Shown one piece after another: positions 49,137-59,651 of a DNA stretch of 64,000 nucleotides. The position numbers and the translations under genes are program-made. The notes below the pieces were generated by a model, which was not told the DNA's origin, made no database searches, and was given only the letters and a program-made list of their open reading frames with translations. Source of the stretch: Bacteroidota bacterium (GTDB lineage: Bacteria > Bacteroidota > JABWAT01); NCBI GenBank assembly GCA_023151185.1, contig JAKLJL010000002.1:582288-646287 (forward strand). Reading direction: 5' to 3'. Position 1 is the stretch's first letter; each line of letters opens with the position of its first letter.

Positions 49137-49182
49137 AAATTTTTTCTGAGAGTTACCGGACTCTAACAGCCGGGAGGGGAAT

Positions 49183-49476
49183 TTAATTCACGGAATCGGA
49201 AAGATTCATCAGTCTGATCTGAGGAAGTCCGTCTGCAGTACGTTCAAGAATCAGTGAGGAAGCGGCAATTTTGATGTCATCAACAGTAACCTGGTCATAG
49301 GGAGTAAAGGTAATCCGTTCCATCAATTGCTCAATTTCAGAAGACGTCATCAGCCCGGATCCAGCCAAACTGATCAGATACCCCTGCGCCTGAACAGTCA
49401 GAACTGACCGCTCAAAATCATTGAGTATCCGGAATGAAGGTGTTTGTCCCGGGGTTTGTTCCTGGTAAATGGACAT
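49183..49476 (-). CDS. Small hypothetical protein, translationally coupled to ybeY
   Basis: 97 aa. Its start overlaps the ybeY stop (TGATG). No recognisable family. Confidence 0.35.
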   Translation of the reverse strand: MSIYQEQTPGQTPSFRILNDFERSVLTVQAQGYLISLAGSGLMTSSEIEQLMERITFTPYDQVTVDDIKIAASSLILERTADGLPQIRLMNLSDSVN

Positions 49477-49901
49477 CAGAGTGACCCTCCTGCGGCCAGG
49501 TAAAAATCTTCCTTCTGCCGCATTTCTGCCTGCTGCCCGGCTGTTGCATCATCGTAACCGCAAAGGTGAAGGCACCCGTGAATGACCAGCCGGTTCAGTT
49601 CATTTCCAAAGGTGACCCTGAATTCCCCGGCCTGAATCTTTGCCTGGTCCAGACTGATGTAAATTTCACCTTCAACCGGCCCGCTATCCTGAAGGCTGAA
49701 GGTAATAACATCGGTATCAAAGTCGTGGTTGAGAAACTCGGTATTCATTTTCAGAAGAAAGGCAGCATCCGTCAAAATGATATTGATGTATTTTACCGGC
49801 GTGTTCTCGCCGGAAAACACAGTCTTTGCAAGATTCTGAAGTTCTTTTTTGATGACTCTTGGTGAATCAGGGTGTTCGTTAAAAACAGAAACTGAACCCA
49901 A
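49476..49901 (-). CDS. ybeY: rRNA maturation endoribonuclease YbeY
   Basis: IHGCLHLCGYDD is the HGxLHLxGYDH zinc motif. 141 aa. Confidence 0.85.
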   Translation of the reverse strand: MGSVSVFNEHPDSPRVIKKELQNLAKTVFSGENTPVKYINIILTDAAFLLKMNTEFLNHDFDTDVITFSLQDSGPVEGEIYISLDQAKIQAGEFRVTFGNELNRLVIHGCLHLCGYDDATAGQQAEMRQKEDFYLAAGGSL

Positions 49902-49905
49902 AGGG

Positions 49906-50391
49906 TTAATCTTCTTTCTCTTCGGAGGGGTTTTGAAGAATATGTTCGGTTAATGACAGGGCGATACTGCTCATCATGACTTCTGGGGCCATCTGTGTAA
50001 AATCACCCGATAAAACTGCCCTGTCCACATTACAGAAAAGAGAACATCCGCCCAGTTTTTCAATGATCAGCCCGGAAACCTTTTTCCCGGATTCGGCAAC
50101 AAAGGTGACCTCTTCACACATTTCGCTGACTACAAAACCGGTTACAAAGTGAAGCTGCAGGTGGCTGTTTGCAGTATAAACAGAAACAAGAGTCCCGTTC
50201 ACGTCCCCGATCGGGATGTCTGAGTAAATTTCAAGTGTCAGCTTTCGGGTTTCGTCGTGATGGTTAACTTCGAACCGGATATTATTGCCTAGAATCTTGG
50301 GCTCAACGCCCAAAACACCCGAAATTTCAGCCAGATTTTCTTTGATAAGCTTGAAAGACATGTTTCTGACATCCCGTTTTAAGATGTACAA
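49906..50391 (-). CDS. Hypothetical protein
   Basis: 161 aa. It sits 4 nt upstream of ybeY. There is an alternative Met at 50361. No recognisable motif. Confidence 0.35.
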   Translation of the reverse strand: MYILKRDVRNMSFKLIKENLAEISGVLGVEPKILGNNIRFEVNHHDETRKLTLEIYSDIPIGDVNGTLVSVYTANSHLQLHFVTGFVVSEMCEEVTFVAESGKKVSGLIIEKLGGCSLFCNVDRAVLSGDFTQMAPEVMMSSIALSLTEHILQNPSEEKED

Positions 50392-50421
50392 ATATAACTG
50401 AAAATAAAATGAATGAAAAAG

Positions 50422-51435
50422 TTACCGACCGGTTATTGCTCTGATAATCACCGGTAAGGGTGACAACCGGGGTAAAACAAACCTTCTGAATCCCAAAATA
50501 ACCTTCGAATTCTCTTTCCGCTTGGCACCAAGAAGCCCAGCATTTTTTACAAGCCACCACCAGGCTTCCGGAATAATTCTGAATCCCTGCCAGCCTTTTT
50601 GAAAAGTATATACCAGCCAGGCGAGAATATCGAGTCCCATTCTGACTGGGAAAATGAATCCAAAAAACCAGAATGGAGTATTTTTAAACAGAAGATACCA
50701 GTTGTTCCGGTGGTTCAGATACAGTTTTCTTGGGTTTCCGAGAGCCAGTGTCTGCCCGCCAAGATGGTAAACAACCGATCCTGGCGCCGACATGACCCCT
50801 CCACCCAGGGCAAGCACCCGCCAGCACAGATCAATCTCCTCCATGTGGGCAAAATAATCTCCATCAAAAAAACCAAGCTGACCGGCAATTTGTCTTTGAA
50901 TTACGAGTGCAGTACCCGAAGCCCAGAAAACCGGTTTGGGTTCATCATACAATCCAAAATCTTCCTCGACACGGCCCATAACCCGGCCCCAGGCAAACGG
51001 GTAACCCAGAAAATCCATCCTGCCGCCGGCAGCCCCTGCGTAATCGAAAACCTTTTTTCCCTCTCTGAATGCCTGGAGGGATAAAATTTTAGGCTGAAAG
51101 ACACTGGCTTCCGGATACGCCTGAATGACAAGGTCCAGTTCAGAAAGCCACTCGGATTCTGTTTCTGTATCATTGTTCAGAAAGATGAGAAAATCACCCG
51201 ATGCAAATCCGGCACCATAGGTACAGCCGCCGGCATAACCCAGGTTTTTTCCCGGTTGAACGATGACTACAGAAGGATATTTTTCCCGGGTTTGGGGAAT
51301 TGACTGGTCGGTTGACCCGTTATCAACCAAAATAATTTCGAAGGAACCAGCCGAACGAAAAAGCGAATTCAGGCAGTTTGCCAGAATCCGCTCTCCGTTG
51401 AAATGGGGAATGATGACAGAAAACCGGACGCTCAC
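50422..51435 (-). CDS. Family 2 glycosyltransferase
   Basis: FSVIIPHFNGERIL...VDNGSTDQS and a DxD region, as in GT-A/GT2. Confidence 0.75.
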   Translation of the reverse strand: MSVRFSVIIPHFNGERILANCLNSLFRSAGSFEIILVDNGSTDQSIPQTREKYPSVVIVQPGKNLGYAGGCTYGAGFASGDFLIFLNNDTETESEWLSELDLVIQAYPEASVFQPKILSLQAFREGKKVFDYAGAAGGRMDFLGYPFAWGRVMGRVEEDFGLYDEPKPVFWASGTALVIQRQIAGQLGFFDGDYFAHMEEIDLCWRVLALGGGVMSAPGSVVYHLGGQTLALGNPRKLYLNHRNNWYLLFKNTPFWFFGFIFPVRMGLDILAWLVYTFQKGWQGFRIIPEAWWWLVKNAGLLGAKRKENSKVILGFRRFVLPRLSPLPVIIRAITGR

Positions 51436-51442
51436 GGGAAGA

Positions 51443-54073
51443 TTATTTTACCGGAGCCGGAACTGAACCTGCTGCAAGACTGTCGTAAAATTTGATCTTG
51501 TTCAAAACGTAGGGTTCACCCGGATATTGCTCAAGAATTGACCGGAAGAAATCAGATGCTTCCTTATACCGTTTCATATCCCGGTAAATTCTTTCCATGA
51601 AATACACATTTTTCGGATCTCCCCTTCTCGAAAAGAGATCGGCCTTAACCATTTCTTCAGCTTTCAGCATGTATTCTGTGTACTTCTGCTTAAAGTCAGG
51701 CTTATCCTTGTATACCGCTGCCATATTGATAAGCGAAAGTGCGTCATCAATCGGGAAAGTTTTCTCTGAGAAAAAAGTTCCCATTTTCTCGATGACTGCA
51801 AATGCCTGATCCATCTCATTTTTTTCTGAATAAGATGTAGCGAGCTGGATAAACAGATTCCGGTAATTGGTTACCAGACGCCGGATATTTTCATCGTAGT
51901 AAACATCATCCAGATTCAGATTTCTGTACTGATAAACCTCAGTGAGGTTTTTGAACATGACATCTTCTTTCATCCGGAAAAACGGTGACCCGCCCTTAGA
52001 CGGAACCAGGCGGTAGACCATTCCTTCGAGACGAAGGTAATTATCAAGTCCGATCCGGTTTTCTTCGGGAACCGTAATAGCAAAGTAAACCGGACGTTTC
52101 CAGGCATTGGCCACAATAATATCATAGATCAGGTAGTCCTGGACCCGGATGAGACTGTAGCCCTGGTATTTCATGGATGGTTCGAGTTTAAATTTAATCT
52201 GGGGGTCAATTTTGAGGTCAGACTCACGACCCAGGTCTGATTCCATAATTGCCTGCCGGTTCAGCGGAACAGAAAGGACATAGCCAGTATCCGGCCAGAT
52301 TTGGGGCTGGATATCAGAAATAGTCTGGTCGGTATAATTTGCCGGAAGGGCCACTTTTTTGGCACCTCTTGGTTCTTCGTTTTTCAATTGGCTGATGTAC
52401 CAGTCTGTATTCAAAAGAGAAAGATTCACCACCCGAACATCCGTCCGGTACCGTTCAACTTCCTGCTGGTACCACAACGGGAAGGTATCGTTATCCCCAT
52501 TTGTGAAAATAATGGCATCTTTTTCAAGTCCGCCAAGTAAATTGATAGCATAATCTGCCGGGACGTACCAATGACTGCGGTCATGGGAATAATAATTTAC
52601 AGCCAGCATCCGGCCGGGAATGAAGACCAACCCGGCTACCACACCAGCGCCGACTGCTGCTTTCTGAAGACTTTCACTCCTGACCAGTTCCCGAAGAGTT
52701 TCAAGAAACCCATGCATCCCGATTCCGATCCAGACAGCAAAGGCAAAAAAGGCCCCAACGTAGGAATAATCCCGTTCACGAGGCTGGGGTTCGGTCTGGT
52801 TCAGGTAAAGTACAATAGCATATCCGGTCAGGAAAAACAGGGCCAGAAGAGCCATTCCACGTTTATAATCCCTGTAAAAGTGGTACCAGGCCCCGAACAA
52901 ACCGAAAATCAGCGGGATGGCCCAATATTTTGAAAAGTCCACATCTGCATCCTGAATATCCGACTCCCTGCCAACAAAATTCCAGCCGAGATACCGGTTG
53001 AACATGTGATTGACTTGATAAGACCAAAAATAGTCCCATGGACCGTCATACCGGGCATAGGCTCTCTGGTGAACCGGATCCGGGCTCCAGGTCCGGTTCA
53101 GAATAGGACTGTCCCCATACTGCTCCCTGTTCAGATAGGAAAACATTTTAGCCGGGGTGGACGGGTCATTTTCATTAATCGGCGGATGGGCATTTGCCCG
53201 GATGTAAATAGCAGCATAAGAGGCGTATCCGACTACAATCATCAAAACTGAAAGCAAAATCAGATTGATAACTTTGTGGCGGTTAACATGGCTCCAGTAA
53301 ATTCCGTATCCGATTAAACCCAGAACAGCTACTGAATAAAACCAGTGGTTTTTAAGCAGGAGAGGAACACCTTTGATAATTCCGGGATAAATGGATCCGA
53401 AGACCAGTACAGAAATAATCATCATCAGGAAAAAGGACAAAACCGAGAATTCGTATTTTCTAAAATAGTAAATAACGGCAACAGCAAAAATGGTCAGCAT
53501 ATTGAGCAGGTGAATTCCGATTGCCAGCCCGATGACATAAGCAATGAGCAGAAGATACCGTTCATTGTGTCCTTCGTCGCCATGATCTGTCCATTCCAGA
53601 ATCAACCAGAATACAATTGCTGTAAAGAACATGGAAAGAGCATAAACTTCAGATTCAACCGCATTGAACCAGAAGCTGTCAGACACGGCGAAGGCAAGGG
53701 AGCCAATCACGGCGGAACCATAAATGGAAAGCTTATCCAGCAGGGTCCAGTTGGCAACATCCGGTTTGTAAAACTGAATCAGGCGGACAATGATCAGGTA
53801 CCCGAGCAGAACTGAGAGTGCCGATGAAATCACACTCATGTAATTCATTCTCAGCGAAATGTCATCAAAAACCGGAATTGTGGTAAAAAACCGGCCCAGA
53901 ACAAGGAATATCGGCGATCCCGGAGGGTGGGGAACTCCCATGGTGTAGGAAGTTGCAACAAACTCTCCGCAATCCCAGAACGAGACAGTCGGCGCCACCG
54001 TAAGGGCATAAAGGATAAAGGAAGCAAGAAAAACGGCACCGCCGATCACTCTGTTCAGCTGTTTATGTGTCAT
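51443..54073 (-). CDS. DUF2723 (GT117/PMT-like) polytopic membrane protein with C-terminal TPR-like region
   Basis: 876 aa. N-terminus YALTVAPTVSFWDCGEFVATSYTMGVPHPPGSPIF is typical of DUF2723/TMEM260-like proteins. More than 10 TM segments, then a soluble helical-repeat tail. Confidence 0.6.
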   Translation of the reverse strand: MTHKQLNRVIGGAVFLASFILYALTVAPTVSFWDCGEFVATSYTMGVPHPPGSPIFLVLGRFFTTIPVFDDISLRMNYMSVISSALSVLLGYLIIVRLIQFYKPDVANWTLLDKLSIYGSAVIGSLAFAVSDSFWFNAVESEVYALSMFFTAIVFWLILEWTDHGDEGHNERYLLLIAYVIGLAIGIHLLNMLTIFAVAVIYYFRKYEFSVLSFFLMMIISVLVFGSIYPGIIKGVPLLLKNHWFYSVAVLGLIGYGIYWSHVNRHKVINLILLSVLMIVVGYASYAAIYIRANAHPPINENDPSTPAKMFSYLNREQYGDSPILNRTWSPDPVHQRAYARYDGPWDYFWSYQVNHMFNRYLGWNFVGRESDIQDADVDFSKYWAIPLIFGLFGAWYHFYRDYKRGMALLALFFLTGYAIVLYLNQTEPQPRERDYSYVGAFFAFAVWIGIGMHGFLETLRELVRSESLQKAAVGAGVVAGLVFIPGRMLAVNYYSHDRSHWYVPADYAINLLGGLEKDAIIFTNGDNDTFPLWYQQEVERYRTDVRVVNLSLLNTDWYISQLKNEEPRGAKKVALPANYTDQTISDIQPQIWPDTGYVLSVPLNRQAIMESDLGRESDLKIDPQIKFKLEPSMKYQGYSLIRVQDYLIYDIIVANAWKRPVYFAITVPEENRIGLDNYLRLEGMVYRLVPSKGGSPFFRMKEDVMFKNLTEVYQYRNLNLDDVYYDENIRRLVTNYRNLFIQLATSYSEKNEMDQAFAVIEKMGTFFSEKTFPIDDALSLINMAAVYKDKPDFKQKYTEYMLKAEEMVKADLFSRRGDPKNVYFMERIYRDMKRYKEASDFFRSILEQYPGEPYVLNKIKFYDSLAAGSVPAPVK

Positions 54074-54100
54074 AAAATTCCTTGAAAATTTTCGGCCTGA

Positions 54101-55318
54101 TCAGACCGTTGAATCCAGAAAAAGTTCCTCTGCCAATCCGTCCCCGAAACGAAGTCCGGATGGGGTGGCTTTTAAAAATGAATCAGACCAGTTAAGATAA
54201 CCCTTTTTTTCAAGGGTGTCGAGTTTCAGGCGCAAATTCGTCGCCCGTGAGGGGGAAAGAGCCTGCCAGATTTCCCCCAACCGAACACCTTCTGTTGTCC
54301 GCACTCCCATCATCAGTTTCTCATTGATCAGATCGAGGTTTGTAAGCGTTTCGGTTTCTTCGCCGGGCAACTGCCCGGCCTCGACCAGGGCCAGATACTT
54401 CTGAAGGTTTCTGACATTTTTGTACCTGGATCCCCCCAGAAACCCATGGGCTGAAGGCCCGAATGCCATCCAGGGATCCAGAGACCAGTAGCCAGAGTTA
54501 TGCAGAGATTCAAATCCGGGCCGGCAGAAATTGCTGACTTCATACTGAACAAACCCCTGATCAGCCAAAAACTCTATGGTCATTTCATACAGTTCACCGG
54601 CAAGATCCTCATCGGGAACCTGAACTTTTCCGGTGTGGACCCAGGCATGAAGGGGTGTTTTTTCTTCGACAATCAGGTGGTAGCAGCTCAGGTGGGTTAC
54701 CGGCAATGAAACGGCACGTTCAAGATTTTTTTTCCAGGCCCCGGGGGTCTGGCCGGGAAGGCCAAAGATCAAATCGGCTGAAATATTCGAAAAACCGGCA
54801 GAGAAAGCTTCACGAAGGGCTGTTTCAGCAGTTTCCGCAGAATGAATCCGGCTCAGAAACCGGAGATCCTGATCAGAAAAAGATTGAACTCCCATCGAAA
54901 TCCGGTTAAACCCCTGAGCAAGCAGCCTGTCCAGTTTCCCACGGTTCAGCGTTCCCGGATTGGCTTCCAGGGTAATCTCCGGGTCAGAAACAAACCTTCT
55001 GCTTTCCCGGATGAGCCTGATGCAGTCACCAAGATCTTCCGGATCGGCTAAAGAAGGTGTACCGCCGCCAAAAAACACAGAGGAAACCGGTGTTTCTTCC
55101 GGAAACTGGTGATACCTGAGACGGATTTCCTCTTTCAGCCCCTTATAAAAACGAACAGCCTGATCATGATTGGTCAGGCTGTAAAAATCGCAGTATACGC
55201 ATTTGGTATCGCAGAACGGAATGTGCAGGTAGGCGCCGAGCCGCGATCCGGGTTTAGTAGATAAGCCGGGCAATCCGACTCCAGCGGATACTGGCCAGCA
55301 GGTCAATCGGATGGGCAA
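54101..55318 (-). CDS. hemW: Radical-SAM heme chaperone HemW (HemN-like, oxygen-independent coproporphyrinogen oxidase family)
   Basis: YLHIPFCDTKCVYCDFYS CxxxCxxC motif. HemN C-terminal domain. The annotated start overlaps lepB by 65 nt. Confidence 0.8.
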   Translation of the reverse strand: MPIRLTCWPVSAGVGLPGLSTKPGSRLGAYLHIPFCDTKCVYCDFYSLTNHDQAVRFYKGLKEEIRLRYHQFPEETPVSSVFFGGGTPSLADPEDLGDCIRLIRESRRFVSDPEITLEANPGTLNRGKLDRLLAQGFNRISMGVQSFSDQDLRFLSRIHSAETAETALREAFSAGFSNISADLIFGLPGQTPGAWKKNLERAVSLPVTHLSCYHLIVEEKTPLHAWVHTGKVQVPDEDLAGELYEMTIEFLADQGFVQYEVSNFCRPGFESLHNSGYWSLDPWMAFGPSAHGFLGGSRYKNVRNLQKYLALVEAGQLPGEETETLTNLDLINEKLMMGVRTTEGVRLGEIWQALSPSRATNLRLKLDTLEKKGYLNWSDSFLKATPSGLRFGDGLAEELFLDSTV

Positions 55319-56099
55319 AACTGATAGCCTGATCCCAGGACCAGTAGGTAATCAGGGCCTTTCCTCTGACATTGGATTCCGGAACGAATCCCCAGTATCT
55401 CGAATCGGCAGAGTTATCCCGGTTGTCCCCCATCATGAAATAATAATTCTGCTGAACGGTATAGGAAGTCAGGGGTTTGCCGTTCAGATAAACCATATCA
55501 TCAAGAAGCCTGGGTTTTACACCTGTTTCGTAAATGATACAATCCTGGTACAAAGAGAAAGTCTCACTGTTCATTGGCAGAACATCTCCCTTTTTCGGAA
55601 CATATAACGGGCCGTAATTATCCCGGTTCCAGGGTTTTTCAAACGGAAAAACCTGATCGTTGATGTACCGGACACCGGCTTTATTTGTATCGGGCAGGAA
55701 TTGGGATTTGGGAGGATTTTCGAATGGGATTCCATTCACGAACACTTGTTTATCTTTCACCTGGATGGTGTCTCCACCAACAGCTATACACCTTTTGATG
55801 TAGTCAAGTGAATGATCTTTCGGGTAAATAAAGACCACAATATCTCCCTGCTCCGGCATTCTGAGACCTGGCACCCGCCAGTCGGTAAAGGGGATTTTTG
55901 CACCGTAAATAAAGTTGTTGACAAACAGAAAGTCTCCGGCAAGCTGTGTACTTTCCATAGACTCCGTCGGAATGCGGTAGGCCTGGATGAAGAAGATCCG
56001 GATAAATCCGGCAACCACCAGGGCAAAAATAATTGCATCCAGCCATTCGGCCAGTTTAGAATCGTATTTCTTTTTTTCTTTCTTCTTGAACCATTTCAT
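55254..56099 (-). CDS. lepB: Signal peptidase I
   Basis: Catalytic Ser/Lys boxes, with GDNRDNSADSRYWGFVPE as box E. Start chosen at MKWFKKKEKKK (56099) rather than the 56159 ORF start. Confidence 0.85.
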   Translation of the reverse strand: MKWFKKKEKKKYDSKLAEWLDAIIFALVVAGFIRIFFIQAYRIPTESMESTQLAGDFLFVNNFIYGAKIPFTDWRVPGLRMPEQGDIVVFIYPKDHSLDYIKRCIAVGGDTIQVKDKQVFVNGIPFENPPKSQFLPDTNKAGVRYINDQVFPFEKPWNRDNYGPLYVPKKGDVLPMNSETFSLYQDCIIYETGVKPRLLDDMVYLNGKPLTSYTVQQNYYFMMGDNRDNSADSRYWGFVPESNVRGKALITYWSWDQAISFAHPIDLLASIRWSRIARLIY

Positions 56100-56139
56100 T
56101 TGTTTCGTCCTGAACGCTGGGTTGTGTCTGGTTGTTGGG

Positions 56140-57945
56140 TTATTTATCGTCCATGGCAAGAACAGCCAGGAATGCTTCCTGCGGAATTTCGACGTTGCCG
56201 ACCTGTTTCATCCGTTTTTTACCTTCCTTCTGTTTTTCCAGAAGTTTTCGTTTACGGGAAATATCACCACCGTAACATTTTGCAAGAACATTCTTGCGCA
56301 TGGCTTTAATTGTTTCACGGGCAATGACTTTTGCCCCGATCGCAGCCTGTACGGCGATTTCGAACATCTGTTTCGGAATAAGTTCCTTCAGCTTGCCGGT
56401 CAGCTTCCGTCCCCAGTCGTAGGCTTTATCCCGGTGAACGATCATGGAAAGTGCATCTACAATTTCACCGTTCAGCATAATATCCAGTTTGATTACAAAA
56501 GACGGCCGGTACCCGTGAATTTCATAATCGAAAGAGGCATATCCCCGGCTGATCGATTTCAGTTTGTCGTAGAAATCAAATATCACTTCACCAAGCGGCA
56601 GATAAAAGGTCATATCAACCCGGTTTGACCCGATATAATGTGTATTCAGCCACTCACCCCGCCGGTCTATACACAATTGCATAATTGACCCGATATACTC
56701 CTCGGGTGTAATGATCTGGGCCTTGATAAACGGTTCTTCAATCCGTTCAATTTTGGATGGATTCGGAAGGTGGGCCGGATTATCCACTTTCAGGGTTTCT
56801 CCGTCGAGTGTATACACCATATATTCCACGTTGGGAACAGTGGTGATAATATCCATATTATATTCACGGGTCAGGCGTTCCTGAATAATTTCCATGTGAA
56901 GCAGACCCAGAAATCCGCAGCGGAACCCAAACCCGAGGGCTGCAGAAGTATCCGGTTCATAGAAAAGAGATGCATCGTTCAGACTGAGCTTATCCAGAGA
57001 AGCCCGCAAATCCTCAAAATCGTCTGAATTGGTCGGGTAAACTCCGGCAAAAACCATCGGTTTTACGTCTTTGTAACCGGCAACCGGTTCTGTAGCCGGG
57101 CGGTCAGCATGGGTTAAGGTGTCTCCTACCTTCGTATCGGCTACTTCCTTGATGTTTCCGATAATGTACCCCACTTCACCGGCCACCAGAATTTCAGTCG
57201 GCTGACGGCGAAGGCCCAGAACCCCGATTTCATCGGCAAAGTATGACTTACCCGTTGCCATCGATTTAATTTTATCGCCCTTTTTCAAAGTTCCCTCGAA
57301 CACCCGGATGTAGGCAATTGCCCCCCTGAAGGCATCGAACGTGGAATCAAAGATCAACGCTTTTAAGGGTGTTTCGGTTTCAGTACCCGGTGCCGGGACC
57401 TTATCGATAATCTGTTCAAGAATTTCCTCGATCCCGATTCCTTCTTTTGCAGATGCCGGGATGATGTCTTCTTCAGGACACCCGATCAGGCTGATGGCCT
57501 CTGCTTTGGCTTTGGGAATGTCGGCAGCAGGCAGGTCAATTTTGTTGACTACCGGAACAATTTCAAGTCCGGCATCAATGGCCAGGTACAGATTGGAAAT
57601 GGTTTGGGCTTCGACACCCTGTGAGGCATCAATGATCAGGATGGCCCCTTCACATGCCGCGAGAGACCGGGATACCTCATAGGTAAAGTCGACGTGCCCG
57701 GGGGTATCAATCAGGTTCAGGGTATAAAGCTGATTTCTTTTTTTGGAAAAATATTTCATCTGGATGGCGTGGGCCTTGATCGTAATTCCCTTCTCACGTT
57801 CCAGATCCATATCGTCGAGAAGCTGGGCTTTCATTTCACGCTGGGTCACAGCCCCCGTAAATTCAAGCAACCGGTCGGCAAGTGTCGACTTACCGTGATC
57901 AATATGGGCGATAATACAAAAATTACGAATTGTTGACTTGTTCAT
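56140..57945 (-). CDS. lepA: Elongation factor 4 (LepA)
   Basis: [18 protein letters not shown]1 motif, DTPGHVDF G3, and the LepA-specific C-terminal domain. 601 aa. Confidence 0.95.
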   Translation of the reverse strand: MNKSTIRNFCIIAHIDHGKSTLADRLLEFTGAVTQREMKAQLLDDMDLEREKGITIKAHAIQMKYFSKKRNQLYTLNLIDTPGHVDFTYEVSRSLAACEGAILIIDASQGVEAQTISNLYLAIDAGLEIVPVVNKIDLPAADIPKAKAEAISLIGCPEEDIIPASAKEGIGIEEILEQIIDKVPAPGTETETPLKALIFDSTFDAFRGAIAYIRVFEGTLKKGDKIKSMATGKSYFADEIGVLGLRRQPTEILVAGEVGYIIGNIKEVADTKVGDTLTHADRPATEPVAGYKDVKPMVFAGVYPTNSDDFEDLRASLDKLSLNDASLFYEPDTSAALGFGFRCGFLGLLHMEIIQERLTREYNMDIITTVPNVEYMVYTLDGETLKVDNPAHLPNPSKIERIEEPFIKAQIITPEEYIGSIMQLCIDRRGEWLNTHYIGSNRVDMTFYLPLGEVIFDFYDKLKSISRGYASFDYEIHGYRPSFVIKLDIMLNGEIVDALSMIVHRDKAYDWGRKLTGKLKELIPKQMFEIAVQAAIGAKVIARETIKAMRKNVLAKCYGGDISRKRKLLEKQKEGKKRMKQVGNVEIPQEAFLAVLAMDDK

Positions 57946-58041
57946 CCGAAAATGGGTTTCCTGCTTTTAAAAAGAGGGGCAAAGATAGCAAACCGGGAAG
58001 GATTTTCCTATCTGTGATCAGGTTAGGCAGACCGGCAACAG

Positions 58042-59034
58042 TTAACCGGGAATTTGTTTCAGGATCTGCCTGACAGTTTTAAGCAGGATTGGAAGCGATT
58101 CAGGATTGCAGGTCAGTTTTTTGGCAGGAATCCGGGCCAGATTCAACTCCCGGGCCCTGCCCTGTACGTCTTCGTACTGGTCCAGACAGACAAAGCCAAA
58201 CCCCCAGACCGGTGAAAGCATGGTAAAAAATTCACCGGCCAGAACCGGGTTTATTGTCAATCCGGAAAAGGCAGTCCGGGTTTTCCGGATCTCGGTTCCA
58301 AGACGGATTCTGAGACTGCGGGAATTGGGCGACCGGGTTGCCAGAGTCTGCCATCCATTCTGAAAATCCTGGTGAATATCCAGAATGTCTTCGAGCAGCC
58401 TGAGGGTGCCGGCAAGCTGAAAGATGGCCATTTCCTCACCATACAGGATCTGCCGGTCAATCAGAGACCGCAACGCCAGCATCGAATAGGCAGCCCGTTC
58501 CCAGGAAAGGCGTTCGATATCCGGTTGGGTGATCGAATCAGACTGCTGCCAGAGATGGTCCCGTTCTGCATCAAAGAGCTTCATCAACCAGGACCGGAAC
58601 AAAGTCTGATCCGGAACCGTCCGGTAAATTTCAGTCAGCAACTGGATGAACAAGGTTTCTTCAGGGGTTTCCGGAACAATGATTTCGGGGTGATTGATAA
58701 GTCTCAGAATCCGGGAATAGTCTGGTGCAGCAACTCTGAAAAAGCCTTCAAAAACCGGCAGAGCAGCACAATAATGAATAACCCGGGACTCCTCTTCACC
58801 TGACATGGCCTGATGATGCAATGAACTCAGGCATTCTGCCAGATACAATCCGGTCAGGGCATACCGGTTCATGCGGTCCTGAAGCTGACTATCCGTCCGG
58901 GAAGATTCCATTATCCACCTGCGGACGGGGGAAAAATCCAGAACCTGATTCCGGACCAGTTTCCTGTGCCGGAAATGACTTCTGAGAGATTTCAGCAACG
59001 TACGGGTAACTGCAGCAAGTTTCATCTTCTTCAC
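58042..59034 (-). CDS. Hypothetical protein
   Basis: 330 aa with no signal peptide or recognisable motif. It is upstream of, and co-directional with, lepA. Confidence 0.3.
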   Translation of the reverse strand: MKKMKLAAVTRTLLKSLRSHFRHRKLVRNQVLDFSPVRRWIMESSRTDSQLQDRMNRYALTGLYLAECLSSLHHQAMSGEEESRVIHYCAALPVFEGFFRVAAPDYSRILRLINHPEIIVPETPEETLFIQLLTEIYRTVPDQTLFRSWLMKLFDAERDHLWQQSDSITQPDIERLSWERAAYSMLALRSLIDRQILYGEEMAIFQLAGTLRLLEDILDIHQDFQNGWQTLATRSPNSRSLRIRLGTEIRKTRTAFSGLTINPVLAGEFFTMLSPVWGFGFVCLDQYEDVQGRARELNLARIPAKKLTCNPESLPILLKTVRQILKQIPG

Positions 59035-59176
59035 CTTGCGGAAATGTACATCTTTTTTTTCGTGAATTCCAGAGGGTCAGTGGGGCTAAAAGCCTGTTCA
59101 CAACCCCATCTCACTTTTTTTTGATGGATTTTACCCAGCCGGCCGGTTTTTATACTGGTACATTCTTTTTACCTTT

Positions 59177-59650
59177 ATGGTCCTTATGGCAAAAGAAACC
59201 AGACCCATTCATATTGATAACCGCCGGGCACGGCATGAATACACCATTCATGAAACCCTCGAAGCCGGACTTGTACTTCAGGGGACTGAAGTTAAATCAC
59301 TCCGTGAAGGCCGAGCCAATTTAAGCGATGCCTATGCCCGGGTCATGAACGGCGAGGTTTTCATTATCGGGATGCACGTCTCGATTTATGAAATGGGCAG
59401 TTACAGCAATCATGATCCGGTCAGAAACCGGAAATGCCTGCTTCATGCCAGAGAAATTACAAAACTGAAATCCCGCATCGAGAAAGAGGGATTTACCCTG
59501 GTACCCCTGAAAATCTATTTCAATGAAAAGGGCATTGCCAAAGTTGAACTGGGGATCTGCAAGGGTAAAAAACTGCACGATAAACGGGATGATATCAAAG
59601 ACCGGGAAGTTAAACGGGAACTGGACCGGGCAAGACGTGACAAGGGCTGA
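59177..59650 (+). CDS. smpB: SsrA-binding protein SmpB
   Basis: NRRARHEY...GTEVKSLR...LSDAY...LLHAREI are SmpB signature blocks. There is an alternative ATG at 59186. Confidence 0.9.
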   Translation: MVLMAKETRPIHIDNRRARHEYTIHETLEAGLVLQGTEVKSLREGRANLSDAYARVMNGEVFIIGMHVSIYEMGSYSNHDPVRNRKCLLHAREITKLKSRIEKEGFTLVPLKIYFNEKGIAKVELGICKGKKLHDKRDDIKDREVKRELDRARRDKG

Positions 59651-59651
59651 A

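Noticed and set aside
55987-56628. 213-aa plus-strand ORF, and the other antisense ORFs (e.g. 3630..4127, 21889..22383, 36358..36807, 38235..38621, 53345..53815, 61983..62846)
   Set aside because: All are antisense to well-supported genes (lepB/lepA, flippase, the 1063-aa protein, TPR, glyA, DUF2723, GS) and have no recognisable motifs. Their length is explained by the absence of stop codons opposite coding frames.
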